DNA of 64,000 bases from an uncultured delta proteobacterium (GCA_963789265.1 CAWBKB010000001.1:2144001-2208000), one strand, 5' to 3'. Shown: positions 48,090 to 58,708, counted from the stretch's first letter. Made by a program: numbers and translations. Notes: generated by a model from the sequence alone, not told the origin.

Positions 48090-48701
48090 CTACTTATGCA
48101 TGCAGTGCCGCCTCAGGGCTGATTCGGGCACCGCCCCTTCACGAAGCACCCTAAAATCGCCATCCAGAGGTTCTACGATCGTGGATGGTTTCCCCCCCGG
48201 CGTGGGGCCCAAATCCAGGACCAGATCGACAGCCTCACGGACCTCTTCGGCAATCTTCGAAACTTCATCCGGGTCAATTTCATGCGAGAGGTTCGCACTG
48301 GTGGCGGTCACCCATCCACCTGCCATAGCTGCGACGATTCGGGCTGAGCATTCGGGAGGGACCCTGACCCCGATCTTACCGGTAGAGCCTGTCAATAGCT
48401 CGGAAATCTGTCGGCAGGGCTCCAGAAGTACCGTGAGACTGCCGGGCCAGAACCGATCTGTGAGCTTACGGGTCAGAGATGACATCGGGCAAATCACATC
48501 GTTTACCGCGGCCTCGTCGCTTGCAATAAGTGGCAGCGGCTTTACTAGGGCTCTGCGTTTGACGTCAAAGATTCTTCGTACCGCCTGGTCGTCAAAGGGG
48601 TTTGCTGCCAGGGCGTAAAACGTTTCCGTGGGCAGAATGACCAGCCCACCGGAGAGAATAATCTCGGCGGCTCGGCGATGGAGAGATTCTGACTCAGACA
48701 T
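48090..48701 (-). CDS. tsaC: L-threonylcarbamoyladenylate synthase (TsaC/YrdC)
   Basis: LPTETFYALAA, KRR…KPL, FWPGSLT, ATSANLS, PSTIV, LREG. Confidence 0.9.
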   Translation of the reverse strand: MSESESLHRRAAEIILSGGLVILPTETFYALAANPFDDQAVRRIFDVKRRALVKPLPLIASDEAAVNDVICPMSSLTRKLTDRFWPGSLTVLLEPCRQISELLTGSTGKIGVRVPPECSARIVAAMAGGWVTATSANLSHEIDPDEVSKIAEEVREAVDLVLDLGPTPGGKPSTIVEPLDGDFRVLREGAVPESALRRHCMHK

Positions 48702-48852
48702 TTTGTCCTTGAACCTGACGCGCCGGGTGGATGCCACGGTTACACTATGGATGCTCGACAAATTACCCTGTTTGATAAATTCGGCCCCGTATTCTTTGAT
48801 TCAAGACAATGAGAGAGAGTTCGAGATCGCCGTAATGGTGGGACAGGCATCT

Positions 48853-49060
48853 GAAACTGTCTCAAAACCCTTGAACACGACGACATCGTAACACGAATGC
48901 CCCTTTTCCCCGGCAATGAATTACCGGGCTACTGTCCCCGGTCCCTACGGGACGCCGGCATTTGAGCCCCATTGGGGCGATTGAGAGTAGACCGGTACTT
49001 TAGTGCCGGGCAGCCATCGTGGCACGATGCTCGGCATCAACATAGTTTTGAGACAGTTTC
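48853..49060. mobile_element. MITE-like element, same family as 43199 (opposite orientation), 4-bp TSD ATCT
   Basis: GAAACTGTCTCAAAA / TTTTGAGACAGTTTC; ATCT on both sides; inserted in the GACAGGC-ATCT-TGCCTGTC palindrome. Confidence 0.8.
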
Positions 49061-49133
49061 ATCTTGCCTGTCTATAGGGAATGACAGGCAAGATGCCTGT
49101 CCCACGACACCTCAATGCTGAGAAATAATCCCT

Positions 49134-51335
49134 TTACCGCTTTTTTACAGGCAGCTCGATGACAAACTTCGCGCCGCCTTCAGCATTGTCCTTAACCCTT
49201 ATAAAGCCGTGGTGGTCTGAGACAATGGTGCTCACTATGGTCAACCCCAGTCCTGTCCCCCCGAGTTTTCTCGAGAAATAGGGCTCAAAGACACGGTCTC
49301 GGTCCCTGGGATCGATGCCGCCGCCGTTGTCATCCACCTCGATGGAGGCTATTGAAAGATCCGCATCGTAGGCCGTGCCGACCGATACACTTCCATTGTC
49401 CCTCGCTGCCGCGGCTGCATTGTCGAGCAGATTCATCATGGCTCTCTTGATCTGCTCCCCGTCCAGGTCGAAAACCGGCATCAATGGATCGGGACTGAAA
49501 CAGAACTTTATACTATCGTTTGCAGGTCTATATAGATTAACCACTTCCTGGATCAGAGAGTTCAAGTCATTGGGGACCGGATTCGCCGACGGCATCCGTG
49601 CGAATTTCGAGAATTCGTTTACCATGTTCTTCAGTTGCTCGACTTGATCGATAATGGTCCGAGTACACTGGTCCAAGATAGTTGTGTCGTTTCCAAGTAA
49701 GCCCATGTACTTTCGTCTGATCCGCTGAGCGTTTAGCTGAATCGGTGTCAACGGGTTCTTGATCTCGTGTGCGATCCTTCTGGCGACCTCTCTCCACGCT
49801 GCCATGCGCTGGGCTTTGACCAGATAGGTCATGTCCTCGAAAACTAGAACTACGCCCAGGCCCCGACCATCTTCATCCTTCAGGCTATTTGCGAAACACA
49901 TCAACGATAACGCCTTTTCAGGGAAAGAAATAGTGATTTCGCGGTCGATGGTGCCAGCTTCTGAGGCAGTAACATGTTCCAGAATTTCTACCACGGGAAT
50001 CGCAGAAACCGCGGGAAGCACCTCCAGGAGCGGTCGGCCGAGTTGTTTCATTTCTATGATGCCGAGGAGTCTTACTGCGGAATTATTTATGGTGGTCACT
50101 TTTCCTTCTGCATCGACAGATAACACTCCCGCGGCTACATTTTTCAGGACAGTCTCCATGTACTTTCGGCGACTCTCGAGATCTGTGTTGACTCTGATGA
50201 GTTCGCTGCGGCCTTTTCGCAAGTCGGCCGTCATCTTGTTGAAAGACCGGACCAGAACGCCAAGTTCGTCATCTGCCGTGGGCTCGATATAGACATCGAG
50301 GTCGCCGGCCGCAATCTTCTCGGTTCCTTGTGCCAAACCAAGGATCGGATCGGTGATGTCCCTTGCTATCGTCATGCCGAACCAGAAACCGATAAAGATC
50401 ACGAGCAACGCCACCATGAGCAGAATGAGCACATAGATGGTCTTTACCGGACCTTTCATCCTTTTGGCCTCTTCGTAATCGCCAAACGCGTTTGATATCG
50501 AGAACAGCCGGCTCGCCAGCGAGGTGGGTAGGTAATAATCCACAACCAGCGCCGCTTCAACTGACCCGGTCTTATCATTTCTTATAGGAGCGATTCCGCG
50601 GATTAGATCGCTGCCCCCGTCCAGGGGGATTATCTTTGAAGTCTTGTCGCCGTGGAAACCGATCTTCAGAAAACTGTGCTCAGGGGACGGGATTGATATA
50701 TGCTTCAGAGCCGGATCTTTTCTGACGATTGGTGCGGACCCATCACGATAGTGAATCTGGACCGAGCCAAGGCCCTCAGCGACACGCCAGGTCTCGATGG
50801 TCGATCCAAGTGCTGCACGTTGCGATTCGGCAAGCTCCGAGCTGGATGTCACGCGGGCGGCCAGTTTGTCAGCCGCAGAGAGCACTTTTTCCGAAGCGCT
50901 CTGATAATAGGCCTGTGCCACAACCAGTGCGGATTGAAGGGATTCTTCGACCTGGGCTGTGAACCAGCTTTCGATGGTTGTATGGAGGACACCGGCACTC
51001 GTTATGAAGAGCACCACAGTCGGCACCAGCGTCAAAGCCACAAAGGCCAGCGTCAGTCGAGTCTTGAGCCGCGAACCGAGCACTCGTCTGCGCCGTTCAA
51101 AGACCAACTTGAAGAAATTGCGAATAAGGAAAAAAATTACCAGGATCAACAGGAGAGTTACTATCGACAACAGAGCAAAAATAAGAAGGTGTCCGGCAAA
51201 GGGTATGTCTTCAGAGGACCGGGCGATTTCCGACTCCACAAAGAAGATCGCGGCTATCAGAATCGAAGCCGCCAAAGCGACAACAAGTTCGCGCCGCCTC
51301 TTTTTCTTTTTCAGCTCTGGACCGGGAGATTTCAC
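49134..51335 (-). CDS. ntrY: NtrY-like membrane sensor histidine kinase (HAMP, PAS)
   Basis: AWREVARRIAHEIKNPLTPIQL, EFSKFARMP, NLLDNA, GTGLGL. Confidence 0.85.
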   Translation of the reverse strand: MKSPGPELKKKKRRRELVVALAASILIAAIFFVESEIARSSEDIPFAGHLLIFALLSIVTLLLILVIFFLIRNFFKLVFERRRRVLGSRLKTRLTLAFVALTLVPTVVLFITSAGVLHTTIESWFTAQVEESLQSALVVAQAYYQSASEKVLSAADKLAARVTSSSELAESQRAALGSTIETWRVAEGLGSVQIHYRDGSAPIVRKDPALKHISIPSPEHSFLKIGFHGDKTSKIIPLDGGSDLIRGIAPIRNDKTGSVEAALVVDYYLPTSLASRLFSISNAFGDYEEAKRMKGPVKTIYVLILLMVALLVIFIGFWFGMTIARDITDPILGLAQGTEKIAAGDLDVYIEPTADDELGVLVRSFNKMTADLRKGRSELIRVNTDLESRRKYMETVLKNVAAGVLSVDAEGKVTTINNSAVRLLGIIEMKQLGRPLLEVLPAVSAIPVVEILEHVTASEAGTIDREITISFPEKALSLMCFANSLKDEDGRGLGVVLVFEDMTYLVKAQRMAAWREVARRIAHEIKNPLTPIQLNAQRIRRKYMGLLGNDTTILDQCTRTIIDQVEQLKNMVNEFSKFARMPSANPVPNDLNSLIQEVVNLYRPANDSIKFCFSPDPLMPVFDLDGEQIKRAMMNLLDNAAAAARDNGSVSVGTAYDADLSIASIEVDDNGGGIDPRDRDRVFEPYFSRKLGGTGLGLTIVSTIVSDHHGFIRVKDNAEGGAKFVIELPVKKR

Positions 51336-51736
51336 TCGCCTTGTCCTGTCATCTCAGCCAGTTTGTTATCGTCAAACCCGAAATGGTGACCCACCTCATG
51401 TATTAACACGTCGCGAAGCGTGTCAACCACGTTTTCAAGTCGCCCGGCCGCACGAATGATAGGTCGACGGAAAAGGTATATCCGTTCCGGAAGACCGTCC
51501 ACTGCAAAGAAACTTCTCTGCGTAATCGGAGCTCCAACGTACAAGCCAAGCAAATGCCAAGGGGACTTCACCCCTACTGACTCAAGTGTTTCACTGTCGG
51601 CGAAATCTTCCACTATTATCTCGACATTTTCCATCTTGGCGCGAAATTCGTCAGGCAACTCTTCCAGTGCCTGGGCCACATGCTTGCGAAAAAGCTCTGG
51701 ATTCACGGTTATTCGGTCCTGGTCGTCAAGTAACAT
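51332..51736 (-). CDS. Zincin-like metallopeptidase (minimal type)
   Basis: LLGLYVG, PERIYLFRRPI, HEVGHHFG. Confidence 0.85.
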   Translation of the reverse strand: MLLDDQDRITVNPELFRKHVAQALEELPDEFRAKMENVEIIVEDFADSETLESVGVKSPWHLLGLYVGAPITQRSFFAVDGLPERIYLFRRPIIRAAGRLENVVDTLRDVLIHEVGHHFGFDDNKLAEMTGQGE

Positions 51737-52041
51737 TCGGGAAATCGGTTCTTGATTCGGTACACGGACGTACTGATGCGCAATCAAAATGCGATCCTGC
51801 CACAGTTGGGCTTGATGGCCGTTTCGAGTGGCTCTCCGGAGCGCGGTCAGGCTGTGGCAGTCACGGCCTGGAGAATCTGCGGAAAGCGACCCAAACCCCG
51901 GCGACGAGATATTGCTCGCTTGCAAACACATTGCCATCATCCGGGTTGACCGTTTCGGTTCAGCCCCGGGCTGATGGGTCCCTTGACACCGGCAGCGGCC
52001 TACAGGCATAAGATGTACCAAAAAATGGGAGCGATGGGAAG

Positions 52042-52662
52042 GTGCGAGGTACCTCCACGGGAAAGCAGGTTGTCATTGTCGGCTTAGGAAACCCGGGGAG
52101 GAATTATGCCCTCCACCGCCATAACGTGGGTTTCATGGTGATTGACGAACTCGCCCACGAAGCCGTAAGCGCCTGGAGGGACAATCGGAAGAAAGCCCTT
52201 GTCTGCGAGGTCAAAATTGAGGCGGCAACGGTGTATCTCGCGAAGCCGCAAACGTTTATGAATCTCAGCGGTCATGCTGTGGGACCTATTTTGAAAAGCC
52301 TCAATGCCGACCCGGGTCGAATGATCGTTATCCACGACGACTTGGATTTGCCGATGGGCAGGGTGCGTATCAAAGTCGGTGGCGGAGATGGAGGCCACAA
52401 GGGCGTACGTTCGATTGCGGATTCATTGCGATTTCGAGATTTCATTCGAGTCAGAATGGGGATTGGTAGGCCGCCTGAAGGTACTCCGGCGGAAGAATTT
52501 GTCCTCAGCTCGTTTTCCCGTGACGAGGAAGGCCTCCTGGGAGACATGATTCAGGTAGGAAGCCGGGCCGTACGCCTTGTCGTGATGCACGGGGTTGAAC
52601 GAGCCCAAAATATGTTGTATTCTGCAAGAATAGCAGAGCCACCAAGGGTGTTGCAGTCCTGA
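52042..52662 (+). CDS. pth: Peptidyl-tRNA hydrolase
   Basis: VGLGNPG, RHNVGF, KPQTFMNLSG, HDDLD, GGHKG, RMGIGRP. Confidence 0.95.
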   Translation: MRGTSTGKQVVIVGLGNPGRNYALHRHNVGFMVIDELAHEAVSAWRDNRKKALVCEVKIEAATVYLAKPQTFMNLSGHAVGPILKSLNADPGRMIVIHDDLDLPMGRVRIKVGGGDGGHKGVRSIADSLRFRDFIRVRMGIGRPPEGTPAEEFVLSSFSRDEEGLLGDMIQVGSRAVRLVVMHGVERAQNMLYSARIAEPPRVLQS

Positions 52663-52749
52663 AATTGGTTTTTCTCTTGCGCATGGCTCAGGGTTATAAT
52701 AAAGTAGCACGTCTTTTTCTTGAGCGAACCTTTGTCAGGGGGTATTTAA

Positions 52750-53439
52750 ATGAACGGAACGCTGGTGAGCGAGGATCATGCTCCATTCCGACGAATCCTT
52801 CGCCCGGTGATAAGAGCCCTGAGGACAGCTTATATCCAGGGAACCACCGTAGTGAAGCTGATGCCGTCGGAGAGAGCCATCCAACTCTACTATAAGTATC
52901 GTCGTAAGAGTTATGACCTTCAATGGTCCATGGATCCAGGCTACAGGAAGGGCCTCAAACGCCTCATGGAATTGACCATCGAGGAGAACGATCGGGTTCT
53001 GGATGTCGGCTGCGGTACGGGTTCCGCCACCGTGTTGGCGGCGGCCGTGGCCCAGGAGGTCGTCGGCATCGATCTTTCTCCGGATATGATCGAGTTGGCG
53101 GAAGAGAAAGTCCAAAAGAAATGTCTGGAAAACACCTCCTTGACCGCAACTTCGGTCGAAGACTACTCGCCTGATATGCCTTTCGACAAGGTCATAAGCT
53201 CCTTTATGATCCCCCATGTCAAACCCGGCTTTCGCCCGGCAATCTATTCATGCATGTATAGCTTTCTTAACCCCGGGGGCTTGGTGGGATTATTCGGATC
53301 CCGAGGAGAGGTGTGCGACGTTTACGAAACCCGCGAGGAAATTGAAGAGAATTTGACTCGAGCCGGATTTGAAGACATTGTACTATACGACGTCTATGAC
53401 ATTTACCGGATTGCTCTTGCCCGCCGGCCTCTGACCTAA
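52750..53439 (+). CDS. Class I SAM-dependent methyltransferase
   Basis: VLDVGCGTG, GIDLSPDM, FDKV, LNPGG. Confidence 0.85.
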   Translation: MNGTLVSEDHAPFRRILRPVIRALRTAYIQGTTVVKLMPSERAIQLYYKYRRKSYDLQWSMDPGYRKGLKRLMELTIEENDRVLDVGCGTGSATVLAAAVAQEVVGIDLSPDMIELAEEKVQKKCLENTSLTATSVEDYSPDMPFDKVISSFMIPHVKPGFRPAIYSCMYSFLNPGGLVGLFGSRGEVCDVYETREEIEENLTRAGFEDIVLYDVYDIYRIALARRPLT

Positions 53440-53602
53440 GTACAGCGTTTCATAAATACGGTGCCAATTGCACGGTTGCGCCGGCGTCCCTGCCGGCGTT
53501 TCTCGAACACAACCGGCACTGAGGCCGGTCCTGGATTCCCGCGTACGCGGGAATGACGGCTATGGCACCACAATACGAGACCGTATTTGTGAAAAGGATT
53601 AC
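53440..53602. mobile_element. MITE-like element (family of 3528), TAA duplication
   Basis: GTACAGCGTTTCATAAATACGGT / ACCGTATTTGTGAAAAGGATTAC; TAA on both sides, the left one being the upstream gene's stop codon. Confidence 0.7.
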
Positions 53603-53644
53603 TAAGTTCCGCACGAAAGGTCGGCCCCGTTTCAGTAAGAATGA

Positions 53645-53680
53645 AACGCCCCCCAGCCCAGATCGGGCCAGGGGGGCGTT
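53645..53680 (-). terminator. Hairpin downstream of had
   Basis: AACGCCCCCC…GGGGGGCGTT between convergent genes. Confidence 0.55.
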
Positions 53681-53719
53681 GGTTTTACGGCTTTATTGTC
53701 GGAAGCGGGATGAGTACGT

Positions 53720-54838
53720 TCAAAAATCAGGAGTGAGGACAATTCGCTTCATCAAGCCCCCACTGTGAGCCTGTTCGAAGGCTTCTCGAATGGTTGACAT
53801 CGGCCGTTTTTCCAAGAGCGGGTCTATCTGGATCTTGCCATCTTGAACCATCTGGAGGACCTTCGGGTAGTACTTGGGAAGGCAGCCCCACGTGCCGATG
53901 ATTTCGGCGTCAAAGGCCATTAGGCGTGAGAGCATGTAAGTATTCTTCGCAGTGCCAAAGCCGACTACTATAAGTTTTCCAACGAATCCCAACAGCCCGA
54001 GCGCGAGGTCTTGAGCGGGCCCGGCTCCGGTGCACTCGAAAATCTTCCAGCCCACGTTGTGCTTTACGCCGGCCTGTTTGGCCACTCCCTTGAATTCTTC
54101 TTGAACTGCCTTGAAATCTTTGTCTTTGATATTGATCGCGTAATCCGCGCCCATGGAAAGAGCCCTCTTGAGCTTCTCCTCATGTCGGGCGAACCCCACA
54201 ACCGGCTTCGCACCGAAGGCTCTCGCCACCTGGGCCATGTAGACCCCGACTCCGCCGGTAATACCCGTTATGATGACAGGGTCCCCGGGCTTGAGCTCAG
54301 CCCGGACGGCAGCCTGATATGGCGTAGTTACAGCGTCGGCTATGACGGCATAATTCTCGAGAGGTCGGCCTTTGAGATCCTCGATCACACAAAGGTCCTC
54401 CGCGGGAACAGGGATGTGGCTGGAAAAGCCACCATAAATCCCCAATGAATTCCCGGGCATTTTCTGTGCTAAGCAGCGGTTGTTCCGCTCTTTAGTGCAT
54501 ATATCGCAGTTGTTGCAGGGCATTACCGCGGGCACAATCGCTTTCTTCCCCATCCACGATTCGGCCCCGGCACCTGCCGCGACCACCGTGCCCGCAATTT
54601 CGTGGCCAAGAGTAAGCGGCGGCTTGGTCACCGTGGGAACACCGTCGTAAAAGTAGGACATATCAGTGTGACATACCCCGCAACCCGCTATTTGGACTAG
54701 AACTTCGCCTCGGCCGAGTTCCGGGACGGGAATTTCAACCTGTTGCAGCTCTCCCGGAGCCGTGACTTTTCGGGCTTCCTTGTCGTATGTCGGCCCCTTT
54801 ACCATTTGCCAAGTTTGGATCTTGTCGGGAACACTCAC
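53720..54838 (-). CDS. had: 6-hydroxycyclohex-1-ene-1-carbonyl-CoA dehydrogenase (benzoyl-CoA pathway)
   Basis: Zn-ADH motifs GCGVCHTD and GHE; AQKMPGN; LSRLMAFDA…GTWGC as in Had/BamQ; AGGAGG RBS. Confidence 0.85.
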   Translation of the reverse strand: MSVPDKIQTWQMVKGPTYDKEARKVTAPGELQQVEIPVPELGRGEVLVQIAGCGVCHTDMSYFYDGVPTVTKPPLTLGHEIAGTVVAAGAGAESWMGKKAIVPAVMPCNNCDICTKERNNRCLAQKMPGNSLGIYGGFSSHIPVPAEDLCVIEDLKGRPLENYAVIADAVTTPYQAAVRAELKPGDPVIITGITGGVGVYMAQVARAFGAKPVVGFARHEEKLKRALSMGADYAINIKDKDFKAVQEEFKGVAKQAGVKHNVGWKIFECTGAGPAQDLALGLLGFVGKLIVVGFGTAKNTYMLSRLMAFDAEIIGTWGCLPKYYPKVLQMVQDGKIQIDPLLEKRPMSTIREAFEQAHSGGLMKRIVLTPDF

Positions 54839-55135
54839 CGTTGCACCTCCTGTTGATGGCTGGGAACGCATTGGTCCGTTTTTGATGATGCGACGAATGG
54901 ACGATGGGTCAAGAATAAGTTGAGTTCAGCAATCGGAACGCATCAACCCCAAAATATTGTGTCGAGGCCATTTCTGTCAAGGGAAAACTTGGACCTGCCG
55001 ACCGGCATCCATGCTGAAGCTAGTAATTTAGTTTCAAAGGTGAATCATGCGCCGGGGCATTTAATGCCCATAAAACTTCTGTTCACTATGCCGAACTTAT
55101 ACTCGTCTCTCTCGAATAACCCGGGTCCAACGGGA

Positions 55136-56065
55136 TCAGTACGCATCCAAATACCGCCCGAACAGATCCATCAGAATGCGTGTTCGCGGGCCCGGTCTGC
55201 CGTTTCCAATCACCATATCGTCTATTCGAACCACCGGCAGCAGATTTCGCGTGGTGGAAGCAAGGAATGCCTCCCGAAACGAAGCCAGTCGGTCCAAATA
55301 CACAGGGGCTTCCCGAATGCTCATTTCCTTGGTTTGCGCCACAACTTCCAAAACCACTCGGCGCGTGACGCTATCCAGGATCCTCCCATCCAAAGGCGGG
55401 GTAAGAATGTCTCCCTGAGAATCAACAAAGAAAATCGTAAAGGTCGAACCTTCCAGGACGGTCCGAACGTCGGGCGGGAAAACAAATAGGACTTCGTATG
55501 CGTCATGAGACGGAACAACCGTCTGGTGAGCCAGAATAGCACCCACATAGTTCAGAAGCTTTACGTCCGGAAACATTCTTTGATATGGGAATGTGGCCAA
55601 ACTAACGCCCTTCTCATAGCATTCCGCTGGGGGCGAAATAAGTTCCTGAACCGCTATGTAGAGGTGGGCGCCCGAACCGGATTGGTTCATCGTGCTCCCG
55701 GCGAGTCCGCCACTAAAGATGACATCGATAAGCAGGTCGCTGTTGATACCGGCATCACGGTTCTTTTTAACCACTGCGGTCAGAAGGTCTCGGAGTTGCT
55801 CTTTAGGGACAGGCGCTTTCATGTATATGCCGGCGGCGGAGTAATAGAGACGGTCCAAATGATCTTCCAGTCTGAAGATCTTCCCCCTCACTGTTCGGCA
55901 TGCAGTGAATATCCGATAGCCGCGGATCGTCCCGCTGATGTCGTCCAAGAACGGGAAAACCAATTTCGAGGTTTCTACAAATCGATCTCTTTGGTACGAG
56001 ATAATAGGTACTATCCTCCGGCGGCACGAAAAGAGAGCCGCTGCCTTATACACTACCATTGTCAT
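55136..56065 (-). CDS. Class IV PLP aminotransferase; true start probably further downstream
   Basis: IFRLEDHLDRL, VKLLNY, EGSTFT, ILDSVTR, EAFLASTT, GRPGP. Confidence 0.8.
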   Translation of the reverse strand: MTMVVYKAAALFSCRRRIVPIISYQRDRFVETSKLVFPFLDDISGTIRGYRIFTACRTVRGKIFRLEDHLDRLYYSAAGIYMKAPVPKEQLRDLLTAVVKKNRDAGINSDLLIDVIFSGGLAGSTMNQSGSGAHLYIAVQELISPPAECYEKGVSLATFPYQRMFPDVKLLNYVGAILAHQTVVPSHDAYEVLFVFPPDVRTVLEGSTFTIFFVDSQGDILTPPLDGRILDSVTRRVVLEVVAQTKEMSIREAPVYLDRLASFREAFLASTTRNLLPVVRIDDMVIGNGRPGPRTRILMDLFGRYLDAY

Positions 56066-58708
56066 CAGGCGGCTTTTCCACAGCACTTCTTATATTTCTT
56101 CCCCGAGCCGCACGGACACGGATCGTTGCGGCCGATTTTTTCCGTTTGGCGTCGAACTGTCTTCGGCCGCGAATCACCGCCCCCCGAGTCCCCATGCGAA
56201 AGGAGCATATCCTGTTCACGGGACGGAGCCAATTCCTCGATGTCGTCGGCGGACGCTACACGGACCAGGAACAGATTTCTGACAGTCTCTTCCTTGATAC
56301 GATTGCTCATATCAAGGAACATCTCGTAACCCTCCTTCTTGTATTCTTGAAGAGGATCCCTCTGACCGTAGCCGCGCAGTCCGATGCCTTCCTTCAGGTG
56401 ATCCATACTTAGCAGATGGTCTTTCCACTGGGTGTCCACGGCCTGGAGCATGACGAATTTTTCCAACTCCCCCATTACGTCCGGAGTCAACTCCTGCTCC
56501 TTCCGTTCATAGGCTGAGTGCGCCTCTTTGAGAATGTACTCTGTGATCGCCTCGCGAGTCTGTTCCTCAGGAGGGAGTGAATCGAACTGGAACCGGACGC
56601 CGAACTGGCCCCACAGCGCCTCCACGAGTCCGGGGACGTCCCAGTCGTCGTAATGAGGCTGTTGGTTGGTAAAGCGCTCCACCATTTCCTCCACCATGTC
56701 TTCAATCATGTCCTGGATCGTCCCTTTCAAATCCTCTCCGCCCAGGATAAAACGACGCTGGGAGTAAATGACCTCGCGCTGCTTGTTCATGACATCGTCG
56801 AATTCGATTAGATGTTTACGAATGTCGAAGTTGTGGCCTTCGACTTTCTTTTGAGCGTTTTCTATGGCTCGGGTCGTGTACTTGTGCTCTATCGGCTCTC
56901 CATCTTCCATACCGACCCGTTCCATTATCATTTTTACTCTCTCTCCCCCGAAAATCCGCATCAGGTCGTCTTCCAGGCTGAGATAAAATCGGCTGGAGCC
57001 GGGGTCTCCCTGCCGCCCCGACCGGCCGCGCAACTGGTTGTCAATCCGACGTGACTCGTGGCGTTCCGTCCCGAGTATGTGGAGACCGTTGGCCCGGATG
57101 ACCTTTTCCTTTTCCTCTTCGCACTTCCGCTTGAGCTCCTCCAGAAGCTGGGTGAACTCTTCCGACCCTTCACCCTTCTTCGATTTGGAGCGAGCCAGGA
57201 AGACGGGGTTGCCGCCTAGTATGATGTCGGTTCCTCGTCCGGCCATGTTCGTGGAAATTGTGACGCCCTTGTAACGGCCGGCTTGGGCCACGATTTCAGC
57301 CTCAAGCGCATGGTTTTTTGCATTGAGGATGTTGTGGGGGATACCGAGTTTCTTTAGCCTTCGGGCGAGATATTCGGATTTTTCGATGGAGATTGTGCCC
57401 ACCAGTACGGGCTGGCCCCTTTGGTAAAGGTCTTTTATTTCTTCAACAACTGCATCGAACTTTTCTTTTTCAGTCTTGTAAATCAAATCGGAATTGTCAT
57501 TGCGAACCATAGGTAAGTTAGTCGGGATGACCACCACTTCAAGTTCGTAAATCTTCTTGAACTCGGCTGCTTCAGTGTCCGCGGTGCCGGTCATCCCTGC
57601 AAGTTTGTCGTACATACGGAAGTAATTCTGAAACGTAATGGTAGCCAGGGTTCTGGTTTTCGTTCTCGATCCGCACGCCTTCTTTGGCTTCAAGGGCCTG
57701 GTGCAATCCGTCGGAGTAGCGTCGCCCCGGCATAAGCCTGCCGGTAAATTCATCCACAATAATTACTTGGCCGTCCTTGACTATGTAGTCTACATCTTTC
57801 TTGAACAGAGTGTGGGCTTTGAGGGCTTGGGTGACATGATGAAGAGTCTCCATCTGCGAAGGATCATAGACATTGGATACGTTCAATGCCTTTTCGACCC
57901 GGGAGACCCCTTCTTCGGTAAGAACCACGCTGCGGGCTTTCTCGTCTATGGTGTAGTGCTTTTCCTTTTGCAGGCCGGGTATGACTCTGTTAATCTTGTA
58001 GTACCGGTCGGTATTCTCATGTGTGGGCCCGGAAATGATCAACGGGGTTCTGGCCTCGTCAATAAGTATGCTGTCCACCTCGTCCACGATAGCGTAATGA
58101 AGCTCCCTTTGGACGTAATCCTCCAAGGAAAACTTCATGTTGTCCCTGAGATAATCGAACCCGAACTCGTTGTTGGTCCCGTATGTCACATCGCAATTGT
58201 AAGCCTCCCGCCGCTCGTCGTCGTCAAGGTCGTGAACTATCACCCCCACGGAAAGGCCGAGAAATTTATAGATCGCTCCCATCCATTCGGAGTCACGATG
58301 CGCAAGGTAGTCGTTAACGGTGACCACGTGCACGCCCTTGCCGGTCAGCGCATTGAGGTACACGGGCAAAGCGGCAGCGAGGGTTTTTCCCTCACCTGTT
58401 TTCATTTCTGCAATTTTGCCCTGGTGTAGCACAATCCCGCCGATTAGCTGAACGTCAAAGGGCCTCATCCCGAGTGTCCGTATCGAGGCTTCTCGGACAA
58501 GAGCGAAGGCTTCGGGCAAGAGTTCGTCCAACGTTTCTCCTTTGGAGAATCGGTCCTTGAACTCCTCTGTTTTCGCTCTCACGGCTTCGTCGGAAAGGGT
58601 CTTGATATCGGGTTCAAGTTCGTTAACGGCTTGAACAAGCGGATCAAGCTTCCTCAAATCTCGCTCGTTCTTGCTGCCAAACAGTTTTTTCGCTATTGCT
58701 CCCAGCAT
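56065..58708 (-). CDS. secA: Preprotein translocase SecA (extra A at ~57651)
   Basis: [46 protein letters not shown] motif [28 protein letters not shown] restored by deleting one base. Confidence 0.95.

Noticed and set aside
56065..58708. secA pseudogene or programmed frameshift
   Set aside because: Essential gene, no slippery motif, and the same insertion pattern appears in many other genes
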